A stretch of 64,000 nt of DNA from Yuukianura sp. NJ FZ-2021 (Eukaryota), in the NCBI GenBank assembly GCA_046563655.1, contig CM102289.1:2232001-2296000 (forward strand), read 5' to 3'. Both the position numbers and the translations under genes were made by a program. Under the pieces are notes generated by a model that did not search any database, had not been told where the DNA came from, and worked only from the letters and a program-made list of their open reading frames with translations. Below are positions 11,782-25,648 of this stretch, in pieces (within the stretch, counting starts at the first letter, position 1; each line of letters starts with the position of its first letter).

Positions 11782-12961
11782 TTTACAGTCAAATTTCATT
11801 TCCTGCAGGAGATATTTTCGGTGGGTACTGAGCCGGGGACGAAGTGGTGTCGTACAAAGCGCGATTTCAAAAAAAAATTCTTTTTTAGACTTTCAATCCA
11901 TTTTGACTTGAAAAACTTTAAATGATTAACGATCCCATTAAAATAGGCAAAAGTTTTGCCCGACGACATAAATTTTGTTGAAGTGATTTTAATGAAAAGC
12001 ATTAAGTGCTTTGTCCTTTTTCAAAAATTCATTTGTGATATCCATTTTGCCTTTCAGAGTTGTAGAAAAAGCCAAAAGCATTAAGTATACTTTTTGTCTG
12101 CTGCTATGTGAGAGTGGTTTTGAGCATTTTTAAATCTTAAGTGGTTGCACTTATTTCCTATGCCAAAATTAATCGATTTCAAAAATTGAAGGCTCTAAAA
12201 AAAGGAAAAAGCTTGGAATTGGTTTTCTTCATCTGCGCAGAAGTGCTTGTGAAGTCAGTTCTCTTTGAATTTCATTTTGAAACTCCAATCAATGTGTTTA
12301 ACTTAACTTAAGCCGGATTCTTACAATTGTCTCACAATTGTTCATTGGCTCTTTTTGTACAGAATCGAAAAAACTGAAAGGATTTATGTCAGAATACATG
12401 AACGTATGTGGGGTATCTAATTGGCATTTTATATTATTAGTACTGTAGTAGCTTACAATTTACCATAGACGAGTTAATTATCTAGTAGCAGGTTACGATT
12501 TACTACAAAATATTTAATTACTCTAGTAAGTTATAATTTACTAAAAAAAATTTTCTACATATACAGGCTACAATTTACTAAAAAAATGAGTGTCATACGT
12601 TAATTAAAGCTTGTTATTTTGTAACTTCCAATGACATTCTAGTTACCTAGAGTTAAAAGAGAACCTACCAACCTTTGAAATGTTTTGCGTATAATTGATG
12701 TAGAAAGGTGGTTGTTAAAATTTAAGTTTTTCCATAAGTCAACAGAAACCAACCTAACACAAGAGAAAAAATGAGTGACAAAAATATAATGTCATTAACA
12801 AATAGTATTATTCCACAAAACTTTCTCCAAAAACATGTTCGAAGTTTTAATTGAGGAGGAGAGTAACATGTTTTAGGAATTCGTGGACGACAATTACGAT
12901 GATTTTGGACAAAGTTGTCTTTATAGCTAGAAATATATACTCATGTATTTAGCTTCAAACC

Positions 12962-14599
12962 ATGCAGAACACATTCATTGCTGAAGAATACCTGCTAGGT
13001 GGTTCTATTTCTCGGGACAATCGCTATTGCACAACTATTCATTCAGCATTTCGTAAACTTCAAGAAATAATGATTGATCGAACCAATTTGTGGGTTAGAT
13101 TAATGTATACTTGGTCAAGATTTATGCGCTACGTACCAGTATCATACCGTTTTAGACATGGACAGCCTGATATTATTTTTCACACTAAAAACAAGCCAGC
13201 GTACAATGTGTTCAGACTATTTTCTACGGTTGCTTTTGGGACACTTATGGTATTTTGGCACTACGAAACCGTTGTTGGTGCGGCGACAAAATTTGAAAAA
13301 GTAATTGCTGTTGGTCTAAACAGTATATTTAATATAGTGCACTTGGCACAATGGATTTTACTTATTCCAACCATACGACAACGTTGCGTCAACGTCACAA
13401 ACATTACTCTAGATTCCAAGTTTCATCTATCTAGAAACTTGCCACGCTCTTTTGAAATGTTATGTTTCCTATTTTGTTCGGCGTCAATAATATATCCGTT
13501 TATCGCACTTCCATTTGTATACGCTGCGTCATGGGCATTACCTGGGCTGTTCACCACAATTCACAATATACTGGCATTTACCGCTTCACAACTGAGCATC
13601 CCGCAGTCGACCGCGTACGTCTGGCTATTTACAATATTCAAATTTATTTCTTTCTCATGCATTGCAGTTGGCATTGGTCATGCGGGAGCCAATGGTGTTA
13701 CTATGTTCCACTGGATGTTTCTATATTTATTCACAACTACTCAACGACTAAAAGATCTCAGCTTCAACGGGTAGGTCGACTTAAAATTTGTCTTAGTTAT
13801 TACTTTCAGTTTTTTATATAAAAAAAACATTTTATCAAGCAAATTGTTTATTCTACACCAGATTGTCCAATAACTCCACGCTTTTAATTTTCTCAAATAA
13901 TTTGCAAATCTTACCCCGTGCTCTTCTATGGTTATGATTTGTATGTAATTTACTAGGAATTGGGGGGAAAATTGTTTGAAGGAAGATTATTGCAAGCCCC
14001 GAGTCATTGGACAACCTGTTGTAGGAAAAACAATTCGGTTGTCAATAAACCTTGATTTCTATGTTTTTTGGTTTAACTTACACTTATTTGTTAATTTTAT
14101 TCACAGTGATGACGTACGTCGGCTGAAGGAACGCAATTTCTTGGGACCTCAAATTCGTTCAGATTCATTGGAGTATCTAAAAGTTAAAGTAATTGGTGAA
14201 TCATATAATGAATCTTTTGGAGTTTTAATTACTGTACTCATCATTAACATTTTGGTGGGTATTGTCGTTTTTTCATTTTTCGCAATTCGTGCCAGTGGAG
14301 ACTTTCCTTTTGCGATTGTTTTTGTTATGATTAGTGCCAACTTATGTTGTATAGTCTGTACATCCCTCCTCTTGTCTGTTGCAACTGATCATAACATTTT
14401 GTCTAAAAGTTTAATTAAACTGGCTCTTCACGAATCAAGAAAATCCTACTCGAAATACGAATCAAAATTTTGGAAGAGCATGACACCATTACGGATCTCT
14501 ATTGCGGGTTTTTCAACCCTAGAAACAAAAGAATTCATTTTATTCATTTGGTCCCAAGTAGTCATTGCATCAATTGTGAATCTCCTCTTAGCATTCTAG
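12962..14599 (+). CDS. Distant GR-like 7TM chemoreceptor; exons 12962-13770 and 14107-14599; 433 aa (alternative start 13070)
   Basis: Phase-2 GT(13771)/AG(14106) junction is in frame. Hydrophobic helices. C-terminus KFWKSMTPLRISIAGF...VVIASIVNLLLAF. Confidence 0.75.
13853..14024. mobile_element. Small MITE in intron
   Basis: Inverted ends CTACACCAGATTGTCCAATAACTC and GAGTCATTGGACAACCTGTTGTAG. Related element at about 39176-39407. Confidence 0.65.
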
Positions 14600-15052
14600 A
14601 AGAATAACTCATTCAGCGTTAACTCAATGTCAAATTTAATAATTTACAAGTTAATAATAAGAACTAAAACAATTTTGTTACTTTTAAGTTAAATTTCTAG
14701 ATAAACTGTGCTGATCTGAAAATTAAAATGTTAATATTTTGCTTATTTGTGATTGCCATGAACCAATGGTAAAGACTTTGGTACACTATAAAGTGCAGTG
14801 GTTGAGCTTACGTAGTTACACATGCATTATGTTGAATCGCTATGTAGTAAAATAATTGCATGTTGCGCAAATTTTATATACAACGTGGGACACACGTAGC
14901 GCATATATCATGCATGTTACGTTACATTTATGACATATATTTGACGCATTAAAATATAACTACAACAATATAAAGCTTTATGCTGGTTTAGTCACATAAA
15001 TTACAAGCAAAGTTTAAGTAACTAATACCGTTTACTTTACTGCGACAAATTT

Positions 15053-16372
15053 TCATTTGATTGAAAGAAGAAGAGTAATTGTAAAGTCCATCATTTTGTA
15101 ATTGACGGTGGACACCATTTCACGATCAATGCGATTCCACGGTCCAACTTTGATGCAGCATGGCAGCAAAGCCTTGAGCTTTCTGGTGCCGGATTTAGTG
15201 TACCTTCTATTCGTTTTCAAAATATGAATATAGTGTAAGGAGGCTGTATAGACCTGTGCAGCTTGTAACACAAATATGTGCACAACCCCATGTGCAAGAA
15301 TTGCAGCAAACAGAAGAGCCGGTAGCAGAAGCGACATACCAGTATTTAAAGCAACAGCATAGAAAATCACGCCTAGTGCGCTGCCGATGACAATCACAGA
15401 AGCGAAAATAGGCCATACAAAGTCATTAAAAATCTGAAGCAAAATGTAAATGTTGGAGTACAGTTCAGTTAGGTATTTTTTACCTAAACAACTCAAACAA
15501 TTCTGTCGTAGATTTTCCTTGAGGAGTTCTGGGGACAACCAGAACAGCATGGCATCATTTAGAAAAATGACAAGCAATATAAGCGTAGAAAATTTGAGAG
15601 CACAGCAAAATGTTTGAAACATCGTGAAGATTGCTACAAAAATTATAAGGCATCTAGCAGTGACTTCGGTCAAATTCGTATTGATGTTCAACCCTACAAT
15701 TGTAGCGAAATCAAGACCAAGGACCATTTTGAGTTCAGTTTCCATGGTATATCGGACTAGTTGTTCGGCGTCATCGAAGAATACAACGAGCATGATTGTT
15801 GTGAAAATTGGGCAACCAAAGTATGATCCAAAGTGAAACATTTTCATGATACGCAAGCTAAACGCTGAATCTGCTACACGCAGGTAACCTCCTACAAACA
15901 ACAATTAGGAACGTCTTTGCGTCATTGATCTATAATATAATATAGTTAATATTATTATACTATTTCATCCATACGCTAGTTACTTACCTAGTTTCTCACC
16001 AGTTACAAACGACATGGCAGAATTTAGTAATTGTAGTAAATAGTATTTCCCGTATATGCAGGAACTCATGCCCAGTACCATACCATGGATAAGTATGCAG
16101 CCGCAGCCAAAGAGCAGCACCGTGAAAATAGTGCTTGGTATGGCGAAAATACTGTTCAGATATGCCAAGCTCATGCACATTATGATAGTCAACACGTCAA
16201 TACATAACAGACCTGCGGTGACTATACTCCGGAATTTAGATGTTGACAAAAGAAACCGATTTTGCAAAGGATTCCAAACGACAGGGATTTGATAAAAGTT
16301 GTAAGAATTATTAATTGATGTTAGCAGAAGCCCAACTGCCGGGTTTGTATTAGTTTCTTTATGTTGTTCCAT
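15053..16372 (-). CDS. GR-like paralogue C; exons 16372-15988 and 15891-15053; 407 aa
   Basis: Intact ATG, phase-1 junction in frame (1224 nt), high similarity to paralogues A, B, D and E. Confidence 0.8.
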
Positions 16373-17008
16373 TTCAAAAGAGAAAAGGCGTTAATGAAAT
16401 TTACGACAAATTAGAAATACTACAAGCTCTGCACCTGCTAACTCCCTTCCTTCCTGAAGAAGTTGCGCCTACCAAATAGAGAGAATGCCGAAACAAGTAA
16501 ATGTTATGAAATGTATTACGATCAAATTTTGTTTCAGATGGAAGATATTTTAGGCGGGCGCTGAACGAGGAGGAAGTGATGTCGAACGAAGCTCGATTTT
16601 GAAAAACTCTTTCGGGCTTTCAACCCATCTTTGCCTAGAAAAATTGCGAATAATTAACCGAGGTCATTAGATCCGGCACAAAAGTTTTGATAGCATAAAT
16701 TTTGTAGAGGCGATTGTAAAAGAAAGGCGTTTCTTTTTTCTAAAGTCGTAGAAAAAGGCGTTACTAATGAACCAAAAGTAAATGTTTATTTGTTTGTCGT
16801 CTGTCTGTGTGTGTGTCTGTTGTTAGAGTTGTTTTGAGCATTTTTAATTTACACCAGTTTCGCTTTCGTATGCCAAAATTATTGAATTTCATAAAACGGA
16901 GGCTCTAAATTCTCCTTTTGAAAAAAATTAAGAAAATAAGGCAACAAAGCTGTTTTAGCTTGTATTGCGCGGCATGGCGGCATGTAAATCATGCATATAC
17001 ACTTAAAA

Positions 17009-17101
17009 CCCAGCTTTGAGTGGGTTTTAAGTGGGTTGACCCAGCTTTGAGTGGGTTTTAAGTGGGTTGACCCAGCTTTGAGTGGGTTTTAAGTGGGTTG
17101 A
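17009..17101. repeat. Three perfect tandem copies of a 31 bp unit, CCCAGCTTTGAGTGGGTTTTAAGTGGGTTGA
   Basis: Copies start at 17009, 17040 and 17071. The upstream CACTTAAAACCCA is the inverted complement of part of the unit. Confidence 0.95.
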
Positions 17102-17137
17102 AGTAACTAATACCGTTTACTTTACTGCGACAAATTT

Positions 17138-18644
17138 TCATTTGATTGATAGAAGAAGAGTAATTGTAAAGTCCACCATTTTGTAGTTGACGGTAGACAC
17201 CATGTGACGGTCAACGCGATACAACGGGCCAATTTTAACAAAGCATGGCAGCAAAGCCTTGACCCTCCTGCTGTTCTCTTTACCGTGCCTACCATTTGTT
17301 CTCAAAATAAAAATGTAGCCTTTTGAAGACGTAAAGACTTGAGCCGCTTTTAACACAAATATGTTCAAACCCCCATGTGCAAGAATTGCAGTAAGCATGA
17401 GTGCCGGTAGCAGAATCGACAAACCAGTACTTAAAGCAACAGCATACAAAATGACACCAAGTGTACTGCTCATGACAACTGCAGTAGCAAAAATAAGCAT
17501 TATATAGTCACTAAAAAGGTGAAACAAAATATATACGTTGGAATAGACTTGAATGAAATTGGTTGTTTCCAAGCCCGAACAATTCTGTTGTAGGTTTTCC
17601 CTGAGACGTTTTGGAGACAACCAGAAAAGCATAGCTTCTTTTAAAAAAATGTCGAGGATTACTTCTGTAGAAAACTTGAGGGCAACACAAAAGGTTTGAA
17701 ACAACATGCAGATTGATGCAAAAATCATAAGGCATCTAGCAGTGCCTCCGGTCCAATTGCTATCGACGATCAAACCGGCAGTTGTATCGAAATCCGGACC
17801 AACGAAACTTTCCAGTACAATTTCCAGTGTATGTTGAATAAGTCGTTCAGCGTCATTGAAAAACACCACGATCATGATTCCTGTGAAAATTGGGCCACAA
17901 AAATGGAATCCAAAATGAAACATTTTCATGAAACCCAAGCTGAACGCTGACTCTGGTACACGCATGTAACCTACACAAAAAATATAAAACGTTTTTGCAT
18001 CATTGATTCATATTATAATATAAGAGTATGTATTGAATAATATACCGAATGTTCGTACATAAAGATAAATATACTATGCCAGTAGTTCTGTATATGCAAC
18101 TTACCTAGTGTGTCGCCAGTTACAAAAGACATAGCTGCATTTAATGTTTGTAGTAAATAGTTTTTTCCGAATATGCATGAACTCAAATCCAGCACTGTAC
18201 AATGGATGAGAATACAGCCGCAGCCGAATACCAGTACCGTAAATATAGTGCTTGAAACTGCGAAAATACTGTTCAGATATGCCATGCTCATACAAAATAT
18301 GATACTCAAAACGTCAAAACACAGCAGACTTGCTGTAACTATTCTCCGGAATTTAGACGTTGATATATCAAACCGATTTTGCAAGCCATTCCAGTAGACA
18401 GGGATTTGGTAAAAGTTGTAAGAGTTATTAACTGATTTTAGTAGAAACGCAACTGCTGAGTTCTTATTAGGTTGTTTCTTTTGTTCTGTTTCAAAAATAA
18501 AAAAAACAATGAAATTTTCAAAAAATTTGAATTGAAAATACTAGAAGTAATGAACTTACTAATTCTCTTTCTCCTGGAAAACCTGTGTTTTGCAAATACA
18601 TGGAAACAAATACGATGCCAAAAGGAGTAAAGTTTATGAAACAT
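17138..18644 (-). CDS. GR-like paralogue D; exons 18644-18560, 18485-18105, 17970-17138; 432 aa
   Basis: Canonical GTAAG/CAG junctions, all phase 1, total 1299 nt. A further in-frame ATG lies at 18668. Confidence 0.8.
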
Positions 18645-20412
18645 TTTATAATCTTTTATTCCAGACATGACATATGTTCGGCCACTGAAACGAGGACGAC
18701 GTGGTGTCGAACGAACCGCAATTTAAAAAGTTTTTTGTGAGCTTTCAATCCTTTTTGAGTTGAAAAATTGTAAATGATTAAGGGGATGATTAAAATAGGC
18801 AAAAAGTTGGCGGACAACATAAATTTTGTTGATTTGATTACTTCAGCGATTGCAATCGATTGCCACAAAAAGCATTAAGTGCTTTGTCCTATTTTCAAAA
18901 ATTCATTTCTGATATGCCTTTTTTTAAAGTTGTAGAAAAAGGACAGCCAAAAGCATTTGGACAGTTGCTCGTGTCGGATGCTATGCTTTCCTGTGCCAGA
19001 ATTAATGGATTTCAAAAATTTAAAACTCTAAATCTTCCACTTTAAAAAAAACTGAGAAAATAAAGTAGCTCTTCAGGTGAGGTAGCATCGAAGTTATTTT
19101 TAACTTTTTGTTGCAAGAAATGTCAATCCTGCACGGAACTCGCAAACCAAACTTGAAGTATAGTTCACAAAAATCATTCTTTGTAAAAATTTTAAAATTC
19201 ATTTGGTGTAAAACAGATATGCCTAGTATAGTACTAATGCGGAAATAACTTGTTGAAATCCCGCTAAATTCATATTTACCACCGAATTGTTTAATTAAGT
19301 AGTGCATTAGCTAAATACTTTTCGATTTTTTAAACCCGTATTTTTGCAGTAAGTTTAAAAATTTCGAAATTTTGTTTTGTTAAGAAGCATTCGCTTTTTT
19401 CACGCTCCGTCTACCAAGTTGCGAAAATTTAAAACCTCCGATAATGTCACATATTTTGGAAGGACAGGAAATGTCTGTCACCTTTGAAACACACGAGGTC
19501 AATTCAAAAATTTTTGATCAAAATGTCACACGAAAAGATAGGAAACTGACAAAATGCGGACTTTGTTGAAGGATATGAAATTCACCAAGCTCCGCTCATT
19601 CATGTGACCTCAAAATAAAAGACGTGATCTAGATTCAGCTTTTTAGCATCTTTTGCAATTTATCCGCCGCAACGCTGGCCTCCTCGTCAGCCTTCAAAAT
19701 GTCTAATTTTACATAAGGTCAACAATCTTTTGATGACCTCTACGATTACTTGAAAAAAAAAGAAGAAACTTTGATGAATTTCTAATTCCCAACTACGCAC
19801 AAATTGGCACAAGCACGTACGCCATTGCGAATCTACTGGATTAATAGAGTTTGGAATCAAGCTAAAAGTATAGGTTTGCTTTTTAAGAGTCAAATTCCAT
19901 TTCTCATTTTTCTTGGAATTCTGTTATGGTCACTAAATTTGTCAAAATTTGTGGTTTTGCAAACATTTTGTGGAGAGCGTTGGTTATTCATGAGTCGTGT
20001 GTTGGGTAATTAGTATTCTTAAGACTGCGTCATGCAGACTTCGTCTTATTGCCGTCTATGGTCACACTCCAAGTCATAAAGTGGACTCATAACAAAACCA
20101 AACTTCTTAAGTTGGATTTTGCAACATTCCAAATTTGTACCTCCGCAGATGCACTGCCTCTTCATTATCACTTTTTCAGAGTTTAGTCACAAACTAATTG
20201 CGGCCTTAAGAATAGTCCCTACACAGTAGGTTACTCAAACACTCCACAACATATCTTCACTCATCACTGTTTCCCGATTGGCCAAAGTGCATATTATTGC
20301 AACAATTTAAAAATTTCAAAAGTTTTGGCAAAAACTTTCACTTACAAGTCCACGCGTGACGATAACAAATTTTTGAAAAGCGACTTCGATTGGTTAGCGT
20401 CTTCGCGTAAAT

Positions 20413-21085
20413 ATGGTGTCACGCAGGTGAGATTGGAAAAAATTCTTCAAGAAAAATTTAAATACGTGAAAATTTTTTAATTTTTAAAGAAATTTTTGGT
20501 TTAAAAATTTTGCAGTAACTTTGTGCTTGGTGCGTTCCTGGGTGTTCTATTCCTGATTTCCATAACTGCAGCGATTCCGTTAGAGGTTTCACCGGAACAA
20601 ACATTAGAAGATCTTGCTTCAGGCGCCAATTCAAATTCAAACTCAAATGTAAGTACCAGGTCAAAGTTCAAATTTTGAACAGAATTAAAAAAAGTCAAAT
20701 TTCGACAATTGTAAATTTAGCAAAATTCAAAATTTTCAATTCATTTGATCTTTGCCTTAGGTAAAAGTGATCAAACCTGATCCCAGGACAGAGTATGATA
20801 CTTTGACCGGAGTTCGACGTCGTCCAAAGCCTCCGGTAAAATCATAATGTCGATGAATTTCAATATTTCAGTATTCTAAATTTTCGATTTTTTTAAATTG
20901 TGCAAAAATTCCAAATTATGTGTATTTTATAGGTTTGTGCTAGTAGACATACTGTTTGCCGACTTCACGGTCCACGGCCACGGAAATGTTGTGGTGAAGG
21001 AGTAGATTTGTTCTGCAAAGTCGGATATGGAGAATTTTACTGTTTTGAAAAATGGGAATCAACGACAGAATGGCAACTGGAGTAA
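20413..21085 (+). CDS. Secreted prepro-peptide with an inhibitor-cystine-knot (knottin) domain; exons 20413-20426, 20516-20648, 20761-20835, 20933-21085; 124 aa
   Basis: Spliced product MVSRSNFVLGAFLGVLFLISITAA-IPLEVSPEQTLEDL...TGVRRR-PKPPVCASRHTVCRLHGPRPRKCCGEGVDLFCKVGYGEFYCFEKWESTTEWQLE*. All three introns are GT-AG and preserve frame. Confidence 0.85.
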
Positions 21086-21929
21086 AAAGTACTTACAACG
21101 TGCAACGATAACATACAGATATTTGTTTACACTTTATTTTAATACAACAATAATTTAAAATATATTTTTAAATTTTTAATAGTTACAAATAAATCTACCT
21201 TCTTGCACTTATGTTAAAGCTAAATTTTAACGTTATAGAAATGTCATCTAATTTTTAGAAATTTTGACAGTGCGTGGCACTGCACAAATTTTTTTTTTTA
21301 ATTCCTGATTAAAAAGTTTTATTTTCGTTTCCATTACACAAATTCAAAGAATTTGTGGTGGCTTTTACGCAAATGTCGAGAGAAACATAGTTTTCGAAAA
21401 ACAAAATTTCGAAAGCCGGAATTTTTTTTAATGCTGCCCATGTTTTAGTATCAGAATTTTTGTTGAAGTCAGAAGTCATGTGCTTTTATCCAGGTCGATG
21501 CAGAGGTCAAATGAAGATACGGAAGATGACAAGAAGTTGTGTAATCTCTTAACAAAAAATCTATTGTTTTCTTCTAGTTCTAAAAAAAAGTGGAGTGACA
21601 GATTGGATACAAACTGAGCTCAATTGAATTTTCCAAGGCTAAAAATTAGTTGTGTACAAAACAGTTACAACAATTATTGATGAGTTCGGACACAAAACAG
21701 GCATTAAGTTAGCATTTGCAATTCAAAAAAAAAATTACTCTATCATTCGACTCGGAGTGTTGGAGCGTTGCACAATCTGGACTGTTCATTCCATTGTATC
21801 GGAAGCAACGCCATAACAAAAAGGTATTGTGTTGCAATTTGTAAACATTTCTATCCAGAGTCCTTTTTATTGAATGCCAAATGACAAACAATTTTGTTTA
21901 AGTGTTAGTTACAGAGTTATGCTTTCAGA

Positions 21930-24900
21930 ATGAGGTCGTCAGCGTCTCTGGTACTCGTCTACTTGGCCCATACCGTGCTAACTACAATACATCAAGCAAA
22001 TGGAACCAACGTTACCGTAACTAACGTTACGGAAGAAAAAGTTGGCAGAGGAATTCTGTTTCCGCAGGATTCCGAATCCCGCGAACTCAAATCCCTTGAC
22101 GGAATCTGGAACTTCCGACTCGCCCCGAAGAACAAGCCGGACTTAGGATTCAGTGAGCGCTGGTTCAAACGGAAGCTAGACGAGGTGGAAAAATTTCAAA
22201 TTAACTTAAAAGCTATATGTTAGGTGTAGGCGTGTAAATCCGGATTTTTGAATCAAAATCCGTCGAAATCCGAAAATCGGATTTCTAAAAAGCGATGGCG
22301 AATTTCCACTCAAAAACTGTAGTTTTTGCCTTAAAAAAGGCTTAAAAATACTAGAAATTTTCACTCTTTGCAATTTTAGACTGGTGACGTGGAGTTGATG
22401 CCAGTTCCAAGTAGTTACAATGATGTTACGCAGAGCAAGTTGATTCGAGATCATGTCGGCTGGGTGTGGTACGACAGACAATTTTGGATCCCTAAAGAAT
22501 GGATGAAGCGACGCCGAATTTTTTTGCGTTTTGGTGGAGTTAACTATCATGCTATTGTGGTGGGTAACTCCAAAGGTTTTAAGATTCAAAAATCCTGAAA
22601 TTTTGAAATTAACTTTTTCCAACTAGATTTTTTGAATTTGCAGTGGATCAATGGCGTCAAAGTTGTTGAGCACAGCGGAGGTCATTTGCCATTTCTGGTG
22701 GAACTGACCGCGTCTGCACCGCCGGCAAAACTTCATTTCAATTCGTCAAATCGTATCTCCGTCGCAATAAACAATACGCTCAGTGCTGACACTGTTCCGC
22801 AAGGCTCAATTTATCGTCCCACCGATGACAGGTTGCATTTTCACAAAAAAAATCAAAAAGTGATTTTTTTTTTTCAAAATTTTTAAATTTTTTTGTTTTG
22901 AATTTTTCAATTTTGAAGGTATCCCGAAGGCTACTTTACTATGAAGTACAATTTTGACTTTTTCAACTATGCCGGAATACATCGTTCCGTGTACATCTAT
23001 TCTACACCACTCATTTACATTGACGACATCACCGTTACAACAAAAACTAACGACACGACAGGTAACGTCAAGAATCAAAATTTACTTTTGACTTTGAAAA
23101 TTTGAAATTTTTTGAAAATTTTCAGGTATTGTTGACTACTCTGTAACATCTTACACATCCAGCAACGGATCATCTCTCGTTAAGTCTACCTCAGATGTGA
23201 AAGTTACACTGGAAGACAAACATGGAAATATCGTAGCTACTGGAGCTGGTGAAAGCGGGAATTTTCAATTACCAAATGCCAGTTTCTGGTGGCCATTCAC
23301 AATGGTCCAGAAGGACAAAGATGCTGGATACTTGTACACTCTCGTGGTTCGTAACTAATTTCAAAGTTCATAATTTCGGAATTATTAAATTCGAAACTGA
23401 AAATTTTGTATTTTTTTTTGTAGGTAAAACTTGTAGATAGCACCTTGGGATCTGAAGATGTGTACAGACTGAAAGTCGGAATTCGGTCAATCACGTGGAC
23501 AAACACTTCGTTCTTAATAAATGGAAAACCATTTTACTTTCGCGGGTTCGGACGTCATGAGGATTTCGATGTAAATCGCAAGCTTTTAAATGAATTTGGG
23601 CTTCTTAGAAAAAAAAAGTCTGCGTAACACTGACAAAATTTTGAATCAATTTTTGGCAATAGATACGCGGAAAAGGAATCGACAACGTAATGCTCGTAAA
23701 AGATCATAACTTGGTCAAATGGACTGGAGCCAATTCATACCGAACTTCGTAAATGCCATTGTTTTCAGTTTTTTTTTTAAATTTCAAAACTAAATTGCAA
23801 AAAGTTTTAAAAAATTGAATTTTTCGTATTTTTGCTTAGGCATTATCCGTATTCTGAGGAAATCTTGGATTTGACTGATCGTCTTGGAATTGTTATCATT
23901 GACGAGTGTCCAGCAGTTAGTTTGAATGGATTTGGATCAAAGTTACTGGAAAATCACAAGCAATCTGTCCGAGAAATGATTCAACGTGACAAGAATCGGC
24001 CGAGCGTTGTGATGTGGTCGGTCGGAAACGAACCACAGTCACAACAGGCCGCAGCCGAGAATTACTTCAAGTAAGTTTCGAAATTTTAGTTATATTTGAG
24101 AATTTGGCTTGTTAAAGTTATGAAAAGCTTAGTTTTTAAAAAAAGATACAAAATTGTGCTGTTTAGTTCAGGGAAGTAGTTGAGTTGACCAGAACTCTGG
24201 ACACTAATCGACCTGTGACACTGGTGACAAACCAGTGGTGGAGCGATGACAAAGTAGTAAGTCACTGACCTTTGACCTTGAGTGTTTTACTTTTCAGTGA
24301 AGTTGTGACCTTGGCTCGAACGAGTGACCCCACCAGGCCAATAACAATCGTCTTAGCACAGGACTTCGATCGTGATGTCACTGTAAATGCTTACACTTTG
24401 TTGCACTAATCAATGGTTACGGTTTGCTTTTACCTTTGCTTATAACCGAGTAGATTTACAATTTTAAAATCAATTCTCCCGCCATTTTTTTTTTTAAATT
24501 GAACTTATAATTTGTTTAGGCAAAGTTTCTGGACATCATTTGCATCAACCGTTACTTCAGTTGGTACTCGGATGCAGGTCACACAGAGGTCATCACGAAA
24601 TCGCTGATTCAAGATGTCCAAAATTGGGTGTCCCATTTTCATCGACCAATCGTTGTGGCTGAGTACGGAGCAGACACGGTCGCTGGACTGCATAGAGTAT
24701 AAACATGTATTTAAAAACTTAAGACAAAAGGAATTTTTGTTTTGAAATTTGAGCCTTTTATATTGAAATTTTAGAATCCTGATGTTATGTTTACCGAAGA
24801 ATACCAGGTGACGCTCATGAGAGAGCATTTCAAAGCATTTGATTTCCTTCGCCAAAATACGAGTTTTATTGGAGAACATATTTGGAACTTCGCGGACTTC

Positions 24901-25139
24901 ATGACGGAACAAGGTATTCATTTTAAAAAAGTTATATTTTCAAGAAATATCTGTTTAACTTTAAAAATTGAACAGGAACTACCCGAGTTGTTGGAAATCG
25001 TAAAGGAATTTTCACTAGAGATAGGCAGCCCAAGGCGTCTGCGCACTACCTCCGCGTTCGATATCATCTACTGGCACAACAATCCGATGACTATCCGCTC
25101 CCAGAAGACTTGAATTATGAACTACCCATTTATGGATGA
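21930..25139 (+). CDS. GUSB: Beta-glucuronidase (glycoside hydrolase family 2), about 12 exons, with signal peptide
   Basis: [56 protein letters not shown] (acid/base Glu), AEYGADT (nucleophile Glu), [20 protein letters not shown]. Confidence 0.95.
24266..24278. promoter_or_regulatory. Perfect DR1-type nuclear-receptor element TGACCTtTGACCT just inside a GUSB intron
   Basis: Exact match to the AGGTCAnAGGTCA consensus on the minus strand. Function not shown. Confidence 0.3.
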
Positions 25140-25648
25140 AAAGTAGACCAGTTTTGCAGCAACTAATAAGAATCACTGAATTTTAATATTTATTCACACC
25201 TATTAAAGCAAAATTAATACGTTAATTTTTCTCACTCCGCCCCGTTTCGAAGGGTTTGACTGAAAGACGTATCTGTGGAATAGATAGCCCTAGCCTATCG
25301 TAAGTTGGGGGTTTCAGAAACGAATACCCCGTTGTAACCACAGGGTAAACCACCTATGTTCTCATAACCACCCAATGGTTACAGTAGATGGTTACAGTAT
25401 ACCTAACTTGTGGTAGTTATACAAACAGTGTAGCCATTATTGGGTGATATTCAGTGTAAAGGGCGTAACGATGGCGTGTGTGATTACAAAGTGGCAATTC
25501 CCATTTAATGCAACCGAGTTTGTTGACAGATCTCACGCAATTTTGACAGCTGATTTCACATTAACTGTTTACAGGCGGTTAATTGTTAGATTCTAATTAG
25601 TATGTGGACTTAAATTGAGCAATATTCCGGTAGTTTTTGGAAATCGGG

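Noticed and set aside
17009..17101. 31 bp repeats as a CRISPR array
   Set aside because: The copies are head-to-tail with no spacers, there are no cas genes, and the context is eukaryotic.
7233..18490. GR-A, B and D as start-codon-loss pseudogenes (TTG, ATA, ACA at the MEQ position)
   Set aside because: Each has an upstream ATG exon and an in-frame acceptor, so a start codon at that position is not needed.
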